Positions 18,277-32,021 of a stretch of 64,000 nucleotides of DNA are shown piece after piece. The notes beneath the pieces are model-generated. The model was given only the letters and a program-made list of their open reading frames with translations. It made no database searches and had not been told where the DNA came from. Location of the stretch: positions 179,020 to 243,019 of the forward strand of contig CAXBIY010000001.1 in NCBI GenBank assembly GCA_963975985.1, in the 5' to 3' direction. This DNA comes from an uncultured Gammaproteobacteria bacterium. GTDB taxonomy: Bacteria > Pseudomonadota > Gammaproteobacteria > JABDGN01. Each line of letters starts with the position of its first letter. Position 1 is the stretch's first letter. Position numbers and translations under genes: made by a program.

Positions 18277-19791
18277 CTAACAGCCTGATGAACCATCTCC
18301 TTTTAACGCATTAATGACTTGGTTAGCTTCTGCTGGCAGTGATAAGTTTAAACTATGTAGCACATTGTAATACATCGTAATAACATCTTTGTGTGGCTTC
18401 ATCTGTTTAAGATTTGGCTCCAGTCCACTGAGAATGAATTGTTTTATTGGTTTGATAAAATAGTCAAATGCTATAAAACGCATGCTAACCTCTTCATTTT
18501 TTTTATAAGGATTTTTGTCTACAAAAAGCTTCATATTATTGATACAAACATCCATAACCTTACGCCATTGATATTTACCAGCATTAATTATTGGGATAGT
18601 GAATTGTGCTGATATCATGAGATAGATATAGATAATGTAGTCAATAGCATTAATATATTCCTCTTTTGTTAAAGGCAGTATCTTGGGGGGGGATTTTAAT
18701 TTATTAGCCGTTATCTGTGCCATGAGTAGTAGTCCACGTATATCTTGGTTCGTCGAGCATAGTCTCGATAATGCATTAACTCTTGACTGGTCTATTTCAG
18801 GATAAACAAGTTTGGCTACAAAATAGTCAGGACTCTGACACGCTACTGCATTGGCAACGTCTTTATCGCTGAGCTTATGAGCGTTGAATGCCTCTATCGA
18901 TTGATATTGAGGATAAAATTTAAGAAAACGGATTAATGTAGCTTTAGCACCGGGTACATTTTTATCGATGGCTTGATTGAAATCATCAAATGCTTGTTGG
19001 GCATTAAGGTCTTTAAGTGCCCCACTCCTTCGCGTAAAGCGACTAAGTGAAGCTATACCGGGATTAGAATTCGCGGCATATTGGAGTTGTTCCAATGTTA
19101 ATAAACCTAAATAGTAAGAGGCTGCTGGGTGTCCTGCTTTGGCTATTGTTTCAAGTGAGCCTAGAGCTGTAGACATTGAATCAGCTGCTGCCATGCGCGC
19201 ACGGGTTAGCGCAAATAAAAATTCTTTTTCACGAGCAATAGCTTCAGTTTCTTGAATAAGTTGTCCATCAATAATGTGTGGTGTTGCCTCTGTGTCATCA
19301 ACACACGCGTTAAGGAATGCATCTGAATAATGTACTTGCAGTGCTGTAACAAATCCAAATAAATGTTGGTAGTATTCTATAGTTTCAGTATTAATCGTGA
19401 GAGGTGAGCTGCTTAATGCATCTGAACTAGCAGGAGCTTGACGGCGCAATAATGAGTTTCCGGGAATGCGACCACGTGCAACACGACCAGGAGCAGTAGC
19501 TTGTCGTTGAAGATTTTCAAGAGTCATTTGCCCCATTGCTTTAGCTAAATCAGTAGATGTAGCGGTGGTTTGCGGCGGGTCTATTTCTTCTAGTGGTGGC
19601 GGTGGTGTTAAGGGGCGAGAAGGTGGTTTAACTTCATAGCCGCTAAACGAAGGTGCCCGTGCTACCATTGAGCTTATAGAGCTTTGGCGTTTTACCGGTT
19701 GACTTGTTGGCTCGGCTTTATGGCGTATCTCAAGGATTTTGAATACGCAAGCTCTATAGTTGTCCGTACTCGGGAAGTGTTTTACTAGCAT
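18277..19791 (-). CDS. Sel1-like/TPR-like protein with proline-rich linker, intact paralog; effector-like, function unknown
   Basis: 504 aa; PPSRPLTPPPPLEEIDPP linker; AKAGHPAASYYLGLL Sel1-like motif. Confidence 0.55.
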   Translation of the reverse strand: MLVKHFPSTDNYRACVFKILEIRHKAEPTSQPVKRQSSISSMVARAPSFSGYEVKPPSRPLTPPPPLEEIDPPQTTATSTDLAKAMGQMTLENLQRQATAPGRVARGRIPGNSLLRRQAPASSDALSSSPLTINTETIEYYQHLFGFVTALQVHYSDAFLNACVDDTEATPHIIDGQLIQETEAIAREKEFLFALTRARMAAADSMSTALGSLETIAKAGHPAASYYLGLLTLEQLQYAANSNPGIASLSRFTRRSGALKDLNAQQAFDDFNQAIDKNVPGAKATLIRFLKFYPQYQSIEAFNAHKLSDKDVANAVACQSPDYFVAKLVYPEIDQSRVNALSRLCSTNQDIRGLLLMAQITANKLKSPPKILPLTKEEYINAIDYIIYIYLMISAQFTIPIINAGKYQWRKVMDVCINNMKLFVDKNPYKKNEEVSMRFIAFDYFIKPIKQFILSGLEPNLKQMKPHKDVITMYYNVLHSLNLSLPAEANQVINALKGDGSSGC

Positions 19792-19856
19792 GTGTACCCT
19801 TAATCTTATTAGTGGCTCACAGTTTAGCGTAAAAAAATCAATAAAACCTTAACAGT

Positions 19857-20417
19857 TTAAACGTTCACAAACCCTAGCGTATACGCGTTAATAAAGTGAA
19901 ATAAGAAGTAAAGAACGATCATGATAGGGATGGGTGCTAAGTCAAACATGCCGATGGGTGGGATGATTTTGCGTACGGGCTTTAGCATCCAATTAGTTAA
20001 GTGGTATAGCGTGTTTTGCAACGTACCGAAAGAACGTTCGGGGGTAGCTATCCAACTGATGACGGACTGAATGATGATAGACCAAAAGAAAATCATGATG
20101 ACGAGTTGTAATAATTCACCGACACACAAAATCATCGCGTCAGTGATGCTGAGTAATGTGTCTCCAGCCCACCAATAATAAAGATACAGTTTAATAAACT
20201 CGACGATGATTAATAATGCGATAGCAGCGAAGTCGATGTAACGATGCGACGGGATAATTTTTCGCAGCGGTAAAATAAAAGGGTTCGTCACTTTAATGAC
20301 AAATTGTGACAAGGGGCTGTGGTAGCTGGCTTTAAACGAGGGTAGCAAGATGCGCAAGAAAATGGTCACAAGATAGATAGTGAAAATGATTTGTAATAAG
20401 AATGGGCCAGTGTCCAT
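19857..20417 (-). CDS. yggT: YggT-family membrane protein
   Basis: Duplicated YGGT domains, 186 aa; synteny yggS-proC-yggT. Confidence 0.7.
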   Translation of the reverse strand: MDTGPFLLQIIFTIYLVTIFLRILLPSFKASYHSPLSQFVIKVTNPFILPLRKIIPSHRYIDFAAIALLIIVEFIKLYLYYWWAGDTLLSITDAMILCVGELLQLVIMIFFWSIIIQSVISWIATPERSFGTLQNTLYHLTNWMLKPVRKIIPPIGMFDLAPIPIMIVLYFLFHFINAYTLGFVNV

Positions 20418-20457
20418 GAGGGTGCTCCGTGTTGGTTGAGGCTAATATACCTTAAAA

Positions 20458-20500
20458 GTAGGGTGGATAAAAGGTTGAGCGGAGTTCATGCATATCCAAT
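20458..20500. repeat. Partial copy of the family-2 MITE terminus (GTAGGGTGGATAAAAGG...)
   Basis: Matches the left end of the element at 6399. Confidence 0.5.
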
Positions 20501-21310
20501 CTACTCAGTAGCCAGTGCTTCAGCACGTCTGACGGCCGCCTGTATGGCATTCGCAAAAATAGATTCTAAACCTTCAGCTTGCATCGTATTAATGGCCGCT
20601 TCTGTCGTGCCACCGGGTGAGGTGACTTTGCGGCGTAACTCAGCAGGGGAGTCATCGCTTTGCGTGGCCATTCGTGCTGCACCCAATGCGGTTTGGAGTG
20701 TTAGTTGTCTTGCTGTGTCACGGGGTAAACCTATTTTTTCACCGGCTTGTTGCATGGCTTCCATGACGAAAAAGAAATAGGCGGGGCCACTGCCTGAAAT
20801 AGCGGCGACTTTATCAATGTCAGCGTCACTGTCAACCCAAACAGTAATGCCGATTGCTGCCATCATGTCATTGGCTATTTGTTTTTGTTCAGCAGAAACA
20901 AAAGGATTGGCAAATAATCCGCTAGCGCCTGCGCCGATTTGAACGGGGGTATTAGGCATGCAACGGATGATGGGCACATTACCTCCGAGCCATTGTTGTA
21001 TGACAGCTTCTGTCGTGCCAGCGGCCACAGAGATGACTAAAGGTTTGTTGGATTGAATGACATCGTGCAATGTTTCACAAACAGTTTGCATCATGTTGGG
21101 TTTAACGGCGAGTACAATCACATCGGCGTGTTGTGCTGCTGCGATATTATCGGTGGTGATGTTGATGCCTAGTTTGGTTTGATGTACGTGTAATTTTTTT
21201 TCATCACGTCCTGTTGCAGTGATCTGTTTAGCATCGTAACCGGTATTAATTAAGCCTGAAAAAATAGCACTAGCCATGTTGCCCGAGCCGATGAAAGTGA
21301 TGTTGCTCAT
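20501..21310 (-). CDS. proC: Pyrroline-5-carboxylate reductase
   Basis: IGSGNMASAI Rossmann motif, 269 aa. Confidence 0.85.
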   Translation of the reverse strand: MSNITFIGSGNMASAIFSGLINTGYDAKQITATGRDEKKLHVHQTKLGINITTDNIAAAQHADVIVLAVKPNMMQTVCETLHDVIQSNKPLVISVAAGTTEAVIQQWLGGNVPIIRCMPNTPVQIGAGASGLFANPFVSAEQKQIANDMMAAIGITVWVDSDADIDKVAAISGSGPAYFFFVMEAMQQAGEKIGLPRDTARQLTLQTALGAARMATQSDDSPAELRRKVTSPGGTTEAAINTMQAEGLESIFANAIQAAVRRAEALATE

Positions 21311-21345
21311 TTGTGTGTTTTCCTATGTTTAAGTACTAGTCAGTA

Positions 21346-21466
21346 CTGGATCCCGCGGTCAAGCCGCGGGATGACGAGTATTTTACCAAGCCGCGGGATG
21401 ACGAGTATTTTACCAAGCCGCGGGATACTGTTTTTGTCATTCCGCGGCTTGACCGCGGAATCCAGG
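21346..21466. repeat. REP-like cluster inside the yggS-proC intergenic region, with an internal 27-bp tandem duplication (AGCCGCGGGATGACGAGTATTTTACCA x2)
   Basis: Units CTGGATCCCGCGGTCAAGCCGCGGGATGACG and GTCATTCCGCGGCTTGACCGCGGAATCCAGG. Confidence 0.85.
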
Positions 21467-21477
21467 ACCTCGAAGAT

Positions 21478-22164
21478 TTATGTGTCGCGTAAACCAAAAA
21501 TGTCAGTCCCTACGCGAACGATAGTCGAACCTTCTGCGATGGCCGTTTCTAAATCGTTCGACATTCCCATTGATAACGTGTCAAGTGCAAAACCTTGTTG
21601 CTTAAGTTGTGCAAAGGCTTCGCGCACTTTTGCAAAGCTTTCACGTTGGGCTGCAGTATCTTTGTTAGGCTTGGGGATCGCCATTAAGCCTCGCAATGTT
21701 AACCGTGAATATTGTTGTATTTGTTCGGCTAATTGCGGCAGCATTTCAACACTGACTCCGGCCTTGGTTTTTTCATCATCAACATTAAGTTGTAGGCATA
21801 TATTTAATGGTGGTAAATGCGATGCACGCTGTTCATGTAAGCGAGCCGCAATTTTTTCACGATCAATGCTGTGCACCCAATCGAAGTGATTGGCGATGTC
21901 TTTGGTTTTATTGCTTTGAACGACACCAATAAAATGCCAAGTCAGATCAGCGTTATTGAGGGTTTTTATTTTTTCCAGGGCATCTTGTACTTGGTTTTCG
22001 CCGAAACTGGCCTGGCCAGCAGCAATGGCTTCTTTAATGTCGTCGATGGGGCGTGTTTTACTGACCGCGAGCAAGCTAATGTCGCTGGGATCGCGCCCTG
22101 CTTGCTTTGCCGCAATGGCAATGCGTTGCTGAACGTGTGTAAGGTGCTTGGCTATTTCGAACAT
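21478..22164 (-). CDS. yggS: PLP-homeostasis protein YggS (COG0325)
   Basis: LLAVSKT PLP-lysine motif, 228 aa. Confidence 0.8.
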   Translation of the reverse strand: MFEIAKHLTHVQQRIAIAAKQAGRDPSDISLLAVSKTRPIDDIKEAIAAGQASFGENQVQDALEKIKTLNNADLTWHFIGVVQSNKTKDIANHFDWVHSIDREKIAARLHEQRASHLPPLNICLQLNVDDEKTKAGVSVEMLPQLAEQIQQYSRLTLRGLMAIPKPNKDTAAQRESFAKVREAFAQLKQQGFALDTLSMGMSNDLETAIAEGSTIVRVGTDIFGLRDT

Positions 22165-22258
22165 AAACGGTATTATAGCTCAGGATTGAGATTTAAGGAC
22201 TGGGCCGTTTTGATATTTGGCTCAAAGGTCATTAGGCATTTAATTAAAAGGATTTATC

Positions 22259-23326
22259 ATGAACATCACTGAACTACTCGCTTTTGCGTACAAAAACGGC
22301 GCTTCGGATTTACATTTGTCGGCTGGGTTGCCACCTCTCATTCGTGTCGATGGCGATTTGCGCCGAGTAAAGATGGAACCGTTGGATAAAAAGAAAGTGA
22401 TGGCACTCATTAGTGACATCATGACCGATCGCCAGCGTGCTGAGTTTGAAAAAAATATGGATGTCGATTTTTCATTTGAAGTGAAGAAACTGGCACGTTT
22501 CCGTGTCAACGTGTTTCAGCAAGACCGAGGCCCAGCCGCTGTGTTTCGTACCATTCCTTCGACTATTTTGTCACTAGAAGATTTAAAGCTCCCCCCCATT
22601 TTTGGTGATTTGTGTAAAGTGAATAAAGGTCTGATTCTTGTGACAGGCCCAACGGGTTCCGGTAAAAGTACGACATTGGCGGCCATGGTCAATCGCGTTA
22701 ACCAAACACGTTACGATCATATCTTAACCATTGAAGATCCCATTGAATTCGTACACCAGAGTAATAAATCACTGGTTAATCAGCGTGAAATTCATCGCGA
22801 TAGTTTGAGTTTTGCTAATGCCCTGCGCGCGGCATTGCGGGAAGATCCTGATGTGGTGTTGGTGGGGGAGTTGCGTGATCTCGAAACGATTCGTTTAGCA
22901 TTGTCCGCTGCTGAAACAGGACATATTGTGTTCGGCACGTTGCATACGGTATCGGCTGCCAAAACAGTGGATCGGATCGTTGATGTATTCCCCGGCGATG
23001 AACAGCCCATGATTCGTTCAATGTTGTCGGAATCATTGCAGGCGGTGATTTCACAAACTTTGATTAAAAAACAAGGCGGAGGCCGAGTGGCCGCGCAAGA
23101 GATTATGGTGTGTGATTCTGCCATTCGTAACTTGATTCGTGAAAACAAAATTCCGCAGATTTATTCATCCCTACAAACGGGTTCAGATAAGGGTATGCAA
23201 ACCTTGGACATGCACTTGGAACAGTTAGTCGCAGAAGGTGCCATCACGATGCAACAAGCTTACGAATATGCTAAAAATAAAGCGGATTTTGATGATGGCA
23301 CGATGGGTGTCCAAGACGGAGACTAG
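22259..23326 (+). CDS. pilT: Type IV pilus retraction ATPase PilT
   Basis: GPTGSGKSTT Walker A, AIRNLIRE motif, 355 aa. Confidence 0.85.
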   Translation: MNITELLAFAYKNGASDLHLSAGLPPLIRVDGDLRRVKMEPLDKKKVMALISDIMTDRQRAEFEKNMDVDFSFEVKKLARFRVNVFQQDRGPAAVFRTIPSTILSLEDLKLPPIFGDLCKVNKGLILVTGPTGSGKSTTLAAMVNRVNQTRYDHILTIEDPIEFVHQSNKSLVNQREIHRDSLSFANALRAALREDPDVVLVGELRDLETIRLALSAAETGHIVFGTLHTVSAAKTVDRIVDVFPGDEQPMIRSMLSESLQAVISQTLIKKQGGGRVAAQEIMVCDSAIRNLIRENKIPQIYSSLQTGSDKGMQTLDMHLEQLVAEGAITMQQAYEYAKNKADFDDGTMGVQDGD

Positions 23327-23440
23327 GCAAAAATATTCTCTGTCATCACATTGCACTTCTGTCGTTTAGTGTCTATACTCCTCACCAGAAAATCGATTTG
23401 AAAATCGCGGCCAACCCCGCGATTTTCGTGTATTGAACGG

Positions 23441-24618
<1,178 letters not shown>

Positions 24619-24672
24619 TCAGGGGATAGAGTGTAGGAAATGATGTCCTATGCTCCATACCCTAAAAACTAG

Positions 24673-24981
<309 letters not shown>

Positions 24982-25000
24982 AAACTAACGAGAATCTGTT

Positions 25001-25471
25001 ATGAGTATTAATGCGACATTAATCGGACAAATGATTACTTTCTTGGTGTTTGTTTTCATCACCATGAAATACATTTGGCCGTTATTCATGAAAGTGTTGA
25101 ATGAGCGTGCGAAAAAAATCGCTGATGGTTTGGCTGCTGCGCAGAAAGGTCATCGCGAGTTAGAAATTGCCGAGCATAAAATGCGTGATATTTTAGCGAA
25201 GGCAAAGCAAGATGCCGCTAAAATAGTGGAAGATGCGAATAAACGTGCCCATTCAATTGTTGACGAATCACAACAAAAAGCACGTAGTGAAGGCGAGCGT
25301 ATCTTAGCCAATGCACAAGCTGAAATTGAACAAGAAGTGAATGCCGCACGTGAAGCATTACGCAAAGAGGTGGCTAAGTTAGCTGTCGCTGGCGCCGAAA
25401 AAGTGTTGCAGCGTAATATTACCGATAACGATGCCGATAGAATGGTAGATGAGTTGATCGCTGAGTTATAA
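25001..25471 (+). CDS. atpF: F0 ATP synthase subunit b
   Basis: N-terminal TM followed by a long charged helix. Confidence 0.8.
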   Translation: MSINATLIGQMITFLVFVFITMKYIWPLFMKVLNERAKKIADGLAAAQKGHRELEIAEHKMRDILAKAKQDAAKIVEDANKRAHSIVDESQQKARSEGERILANAQAEIEQEVNAAREALRKEVAKLAVAGAEKVLQRNITDNDADRMVDELIAEL

Positions 25472-25500
25472 CTTTCTTAAAGGAAGTCTGAACCAGTAAA

Positions 25501-26055
25501 ATGAGAGAAATGATGTCATCAGAAGAAACCACAGTTGCCAGACCTTATGCCAAAGCGGCATTTGAATATGCGCATGAACAGCAGCAATTAGCTGCCTGGT
25601 TTGTTTTATTGCAAGCATTAGCTGCGATGGTGGGTGACAAGCAAGTGCAAGATTATTTAACAAACCCGCATGTGACACAACAGCAAGCTGCTGAGTTGTT
25701 AATTGAGATGACACAACAAGTGATGGTTGACGGTGGTGAGAATTATATTCGTTTGTTAGCCGATGAAGGCCGTTTGTTAGTGTTACCTGCCATTGCTATT
25801 TTATACGACAAGTACCAAGCACAGCTTGAGCAAAAAGTTGATGTCGAAGTGACCGCCGCAAAAGCATTGTCTGATGATCAACAAGCAAATTTAATTCAAG
25901 CGTTAGAAAAACGTTTGGATAAACACGTCACATTGAATTATACAATCGATCCAACATTGTTGGGTGGTGCCATTGTCCGAGCCGATGATTTAGTCATCGA
26001 TGGTTCGGCGCAAGGGCGATTAGAAAAATTAACGAAAAGTTTAACGGGCATTTAG
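25501..26055 (+). CDS. atpH: F1 ATP synthase subunit delta; true start may be the Met at 25510 or 25513
   Basis: [15 protein letters not shown]-terminal signature. Confidence 0.8.
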   Translation: MREMMSSEETTVARPYAKAAFEYAHEQQQLAAWFVLLQALAAMVGDKQVQDYLTNPHVTQQQAAELLIEMTQQVMVDGGENYIRLLADEGRLLVLPAIAILYDKYQAQLEQKVDVEVTAAKALSDDQQANLIQALEKRLDKHVTLNYTIDPTLLGGAIVRADDLVIDGSAQGRLEKLTKSLTGI

Positions 26056-26066
26056 AGGAATTAAGT

Positions 26067-27620
26067 ATGGCAGTAGCACAATTATCCGCAGCAGAAATTA
26101 GTGAATTAATAAAAAATCGTATTGGTCAATTTGAATCTGTGTCAGAAGCACGCACAGAAGGCACTATCGTCAGTGTCAAAGATGGCATTGTGCGTATTCA
26201 CGGTTTAGATGATGTGATGTACGGTGAAATGATCGAATTCACCACCGGTGTTTACGGTATGGCATTAAATCTTGAGCAAGATTCAGTCGGCGCCGTTGTG
26301 CTGGGTGATGAAGAAGGCATTATTGAAGGCCAAGTGGCAAAATGTACGGGGCGTATTTTAGAAGTGCCAGTGGGTCCAGAATTGTTAGGCCGTGTGGTTG
26401 ATGCATTAGGTAACCCTATCGATGGCAAAGGCCCTATCGAAACCAAACTCACATCACCCGTTGAGAAAATTGCACCTGGTGTAATCGACCGTGAACCCGT
26501 TACGCAACCATTAGCAACCGGTTTGAAAGTGGTTGATGCGTTAGTGCCTGTGGGTCGTGGCCAGCGTGAGTTGATTATTGGTGATCGTCAAACGGGTAAA
26601 TCAGCTTTAGCCATCGACGCGATTATCAATCAAAAAGATACTGGCGTTAAATGTATTTATGTAGCGATTGGGCAAAAAGCCTCATCCGTTGCACGTGTTG
26701 TGACTAAGCTAGAAGAGCACGGTGCGATGGCGCACACGGTCGTGGTTGCCGCTAACGCGTCTGATTCAGCAGCATTACAATTTATGGCACCGTATTCAGG
26801 TTGTGCCATGGGCGAATATTTCCGTGACCGTGGTGAAGATGCTTTAATTATTTATGATGATTTAACGAAACAAGCTTGGGCTTATCGTCAGATTTCATTA
26901 TTGCTTCGCCGTCCACCGGGTCGTGAAGCGTATCCTGGTGATGTATTCTACATTCATTCACGTTTGTTAGAGCGTTCATCGCGTGTAACAGCAGAATATG
27001 TAGAGCGTTTGACTGAGGGTAAAGTGACGGGTAAAACTGGTTCGTTAACTGCATTGCCCATTATCGAAACCCAAGCAGGTGATGTGTCAGCATTTGTTCC
27101 AACTAACGTGATCTCTATTACCGATGGTCAAATTTATTTAGAAACTGATTTGTTTAACTCAGGTTTCCGCCCAGCAATGAATTCCGGTTTATCCGTTTCT
27201 CGTGTCGGTGGTGCTGCGCAAACCAAAGTCATTAAAAAGCTTGGTGGCAGCATGTTGCGTTTAGAGTTAGCGCAATACCGTGAGCTAGAAGCATTCGCTC
27301 AGTTCGCATCAGATTTAGATGACGCGACACGTAAACAATTAGAACGTGGTCAACGCGCTATGGAAATTTTGAAACAACCACAGTATGAACCGATGACAAC
27401 CGGTGAAATGGCTGTGAGTTTGTTTGCCGTCAGCAAAGGTTATGTTGATGATATCGAAGTTAACAAAGTATTAGACTTCGAGCATGCTTTACAACGTTAT
27501 ATGCACGATGAGCATGCTGACGTAATCAAATTAATGGATGACACCGGCAAGTATGATGAAGCAATTGCAAAACAGCTAGCTGATGCATTGGATAGTTTTA
27601 AAAAAACCGGAACATGGTAG
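26067..27620 (+). CDS. atpA: F1 ATP synthase subunit alpha
   Basis: GDRQTGKS Walker A, 517 aa. Confidence 0.95.
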   Translation: MAVAQLSAAEISELIKNRIGQFESVSEARTEGTIVSVKDGIVRIHGLDDVMYGEMIEFTTGVYGMALNLEQDSVGAVVLGDEEGIIEGQVAKCTGRILEVPVGPELLGRVVDALGNPIDGKGPIETKLTSPVEKIAPGVIDREPVTQPLATGLKVVDALVPVGRGQRELIIGDRQTGKSALAIDAIINQKDTGVKCIYVAIGQKASSVARVVTKLEEHGAMAHTVVVAANASDSAALQFMAPYSGCAMGEYFRDRGEDALIIYDDLTKQAWAYRQISLLLRRPPGREAYPGDVFYIHSRLLERSSRVTAEYVERLTEGKVTGKTGSLTALPIIETQAGDVSAFVPTNVISITDGQIYLETDLFNSGFRPAMNSGLSVSRVGGAAQTKVIKKLGGSMLRLELAQYRELEAFAQFASDLDDATRKQLERGQRAMEILKQPQYEPMTTGEMAVSLFAVSKGYVDDIEVNKVLDFEHALQRYMHDEHADVIKLMDDTGKYDEAIAKQLADALDSFKKTGTW

Positions 27621-27658
27621 GAGGAGTGCTATAGGTTGAATGCTTTGGGTTGCTACTG

Positions 27659-27697
27659 ATTTTACTAAGCCCTAAGTTTTAACACCTAAGCCCTAAT
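27659..27697. repeat. Heptamer-type repeat (CTAAGCCCTAAG...CCTAAGCCCTAA) upstream of atpG
   Basis: Inverse of the CTTAGGGCTTAGGGCTTAG block at 28570-28640 downstream of atpG. Confidence 0.6.
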
Positions 27698-28566
27698 TGA
27701 TGGCAAACGTTAAAGAAATTAAATCGAAAATTGGTGGTGTGAATAAAACGCGTAAAATTACGCGTGCCATGGAAATGGTTGCCGCCAGTAAAATGCGCAA
27801 AGCACAAGATCAAATGCATCGTGCTCGACCTTATGCGCATAAAATTCGTCAAGTCATTGGTCATATTGCCAACAGTAACCCCGAATACAAACATCCGTTC
27901 ATGCAAGAGCGTGAAGTGAAACGCGCAGGTTACATTATTGTATCGTCTGATCGTGGTTTATGTGGTGGTTTGAATATTCGTTTGTTTAAAGAAATGATGG
28001 TGCATATGAAAAATTTGCGCACGAACGATGTCGAAGTCGATTTGTGCCCCATCGGTACGAAAGCCGAAAACTTTTTTCATCGCTTTGGTGGTAACGTTGT
28101 TGCCCATACCGATCACTTGGGTGATACGCCAAGCATAACCGACTTAATTGGTGTCGTAAAAGTATTGCTCGATATGTATTCTAATGGTGCATTGGATGCA
28201 GTGTACGTGTGTTCAAATGAATTCGTGAATACCATGATTCAAACGCCACAAGTTGAGCAGTTGCTACCGATTATTCATGCGGACGATGAAAGTTCAGAAC
28301 ATCATCAATGGGATTATATTTATGAGCCTGATGACGCGCGAGCGATTCTAACCAGTTTGTTAACACGTTATGTCGAATCACAAGTGTATCAAGCAGTGGT
28401 GGAAAACTTAGCGTGTGAGCAAGCGGCGCGAATGGTAGCGATGAAAAACGCGACCGATAACGCCGGTAAAATGATAGATGAATTGCAATTGGCGTATAAC
28501 AAAGCACGTCAATCAGCGATTACACAAGAATTAGCAGAAATTGTTGCGGGTGCAGCAGCAGTATGA
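27697..28566 (+). CDS. atpG: F1 ATP synthase subunit gamma
   Basis: [18 protein letters not shown]-terminal signature. Confidence 0.9.
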   Translation: MMANVKEIKSKIGGVNKTRKITRAMEMVAASKMRKAQDQMHRARPYAHKIRQVIGHIANSNPEYKHPFMQEREVKRAGYIIVSSDRGLCGGLNIRLFKEMMVHMKNLRTNDVEVDLCPIGTKAENFFHRFGGNVVAHTDHLGDTPSITDLIGVVKVLLDMYSNGALDAVYVCSNEFVNTMIQTPQVEQLLPIIHADDESSEHHQWDYIYEPDDARAILTSLLTRYVESQVYQAVVENLACEQAARMVAMKNATDNAGKMIDELQLAYNKARQSAITQELAEIVAGAAAV

Positions 28567-28569
28567 ATG

Positions 28570-28640
28570 AGGGTTTAGGTTTTAGGGCTTAGGGCTTAGT
28601 AGGATTGAGGATTGTGGGCTGAGGGTTGAGAAATATCCTT
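28570..28640. repeat. Degenerate heptamer tandem repeats (TTAGGGC / TTGAGGA units)
   Basis: GGTTTAGGTTTTAGGGCTTAGGGCTTAGTAGGATTGAGGATTGTGGGCTGAGGGTTGAG. Confidence 0.6.
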
Positions 28641-28704
28641 CAAAAAACATGACTAAGCTACAAGCACTTAGCACTGAATGCCGAACCAAGAAACAAGGTG
28701 ATGA

Positions 28705-30096
<1,392 letters not shown>

Positions 30097-30117
30097 TTGG
30101 CGTTTAGAGCTTAGAGT

Positions 30118-30543
30118 TTGGAGTTTAGATTGGATACATTACAAGTTGACATCGTAAGTGCAGAAGAAGAAATTTTTTCAGGTGCTGTTGATCATGTCAC
30201 TGCCATGGGTGAAGTCGGTGAACTAGGTGTGCATCCTGGTCATACGCCATTGTTGACACATTTAAAACCCGGTGAAATACGTTTAGCACATAATGGCACA
30301 GAAGATATTTATTATGTGTCGGGTGGTGTATTAGAAGTGCAGCCCCATCTTGTTACCGTGTTGGCCGACACCATTACGCGTGCTAGTGACTTAGATGAAG
30401 TCGCAGCTGTTGAAGCCAAAAAACGCGCTGAAAAAGCGTTGAAAGATAAAAAATCTGATTTAGATTTTAATGCGGCCAGTGCTGAATTAGCGCAAGCGAT
30501 GGCACAATTACGCGCCATTAGCCGCTTAAAAGACCGCCTATAA
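30118..30543 (+). CDS. atpC: F1 ATP synthase subunit epsilon
   Basis: 141 aa; conserved N-terminal beta-sandwich sequence. Confidence 0.85.
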   Translation: MEFRLDTLQVDIVSAEEEIFSGAVDHVTAMGEVGELGVHPGHTPLLTHLKPGEIRLAHNGTEDIYYVSGGVLEVQPHLVTVLADTITRASDLDEVAAVEAKKRAEKALKDKKSDLDFNAASAELAQAMAQLRAISRLKDRL

Positions 30544-30552
30544 TATTCCCTT

Positions 30553-30610
30553 TCTCCCGTTTCGGGAGACAGGCCGAAGGCCGGATGAGGGGCGAGCAAG
30601 GCTCGCAATA
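30553..30610 (+). terminator. Hairpin TCTCCCGTTTCGGGAGA plus family-3 repeat (GGCCGAAGGCCGGATGAGGGG) at the end of the atp operon
   Basis: Stem-loop immediately after the atpC stop; the same motif recurs at 36984-37030, 56648-56692 and 63963-64000. Confidence 0.5.
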
Positions 30611-30654
30611 ATTGCCGCATCGCAGCCACCAAACCATTCTACCCGAGGTAACCC

Positions 30655-32019
30655 ATGTCATTAAACATCATCATCCTCGCTGCCGGTCGCGGCACTCGCA
30701 TGAAATCTCAACTGCCCAAAGTGTTACACCCTGTGGCAGGCAAGCCCATGTTACGTTGGATTGCTGAAACAGCAATCACATTAAATCCTAAAGCGATTTA
30801 CCCTGTTATCGGTTTTGGTGCAGCGCAAGTTCGTGCACAATTAAATGATTTATCGGTCGAATGTGTTGAGCAAACCGAGCAGCTCGGTACAGGCCATGCG
30901 GTACAGCAAGTCTTACCTTTGCTTGACGCTAATGACCAAGTGTTAGTCTTAGTCGGCGACAACCCACTTATCAGCGAAGCAACTTTAACCCGTTTAATCG
31001 ACGTGACACCTAAAGACGGCGTGGGTTTATTAACGGTTAGTTTAGATAACCCAACAGGCTTAGGTCGTATTATCCGTGATGCCAAGGGTCAAGCGGTAGA
31101 AATAGTTGAAGAAAAAGATGCTAGCACGGCACAACGTGCCATCACCGAAATTAACGCAGGCATTTATGTGTTTGCTGTTGCTGATTTACAACGTTGGTTA
31201 CCGAATCTCAAAAGCCACAACCAACAAGGCGAATTATACTTAACCGATGTCATTGCCATGGCAGTGGCAGAAGGCAAAACGATCAATACCACCCACCCAG
31301 ACCAAGAGCAAGAAATATGGAGCGTCAACGACCGTGTGCAATTGGCACGTTTAGAACGCTATAGGCAGGAACAAATGGCCAATGAAATTATGTTGCAAGG
31401 TGTTACTTTGCACGACCCCAAACGCTTTGATTTGCGAGGCGAACTTAATGTGGGTCAAGATGTCGTTATTGATGTGAATGTCATCATCGAAGGCAAAGTG
31501 AGCTTAGGCAATTATGTCAGCATCGGCCCTAATGTCATCTTGAAAAATGTGACGATTGGCGATAATACCATCATTAAATCGAACTGCGACATTGAAGATG
31601 CCATAATCGCCGAGCAATGTGAAGTCGGTCCTTTCGCTCGTCTTCGTCCAGGCACTCATTTAGCCAAAGGCGCAAAGGTTGGCAATTTTGTCGAAACCAA
31701 AAAAGCTAACATCGGCGCTGGTAGTAAAGTCAGCCACTTAACTTATCTAGGCGATGCTGAAATAGGCAAAGGCGTTAACATCGGTGCAGGCACTATTACC
31801 TGTAATTATGACGGCATGAATAAATTCACCACCACCATAAAAGATGGCGCCTTCATCGGCTCCAACTCATCCCTTGTCGCCCCCGTCACCATTGGCAAAG
31901 ATGCTACCATTGGCGCTGGCTCAACCATCAATAAAGATGCCCCAGACAGCGAGCTAACCTTAGCTCGCACCAAACAAACAACGATTAAAGGTTGGCAACG
32001 GCCTAAGAAAAAGGATTAA
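30655..32019 (+). CDS. glmU: Bifunctional GlcNAc-1-P uridyltransferase / GlcN-1-P acetyltransferase
   Basis: LAAGRGTRM motif, hexapeptide-repeat C-terminal half, 454 aa. Confidence 0.92.
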   Translation: MSLNIIILAAGRGTRMKSQLPKVLHPVAGKPMLRWIAETAITLNPKAIYPVIGFGAAQVRAQLNDLSVECVEQTEQLGTGHAVQQVLPLLDANDQVLVLVGDNPLISEATLTRLIDVTPKDGVGLLTVSLDNPTGLGRIIRDAKGQAVEIVEEKDASTAQRAITEINAGIYVFAVADLQRWLPNLKSHNQQGELYLTDVIAMAVAEGKTINTTHPDQEQEIWSVNDRVQLARLERYRQEQMANEIMLQGVTLHDPKRFDLRGELNVGQDVVIDVNVIIEGKVSLGNYVSIGPNVILKNVTIGDNTIIKSNCDIEDAIIAEQCEVGPFARLRPGTHLAKGAKVGNFVETKKANIGAGSKVSHLTYLGDAEIGKGVNIGAGTITCNYDGMNKFTTTIKDGAFIGSNSSLVAPVTIGKDATIGAGSTINKDAPDSELTLARTKQTTIKGWQRPKKKD

Positions 32020-32021
32020 CC

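Noticed and set aside
28570-28640. Telomere-like TTAGGG repeats as evidence of a linear replicon end
   Set aside because: They are short, degenerate, internal to a conserved atp operon and repeated at many loci, so they are an interspersed repeat family, not a telomere.
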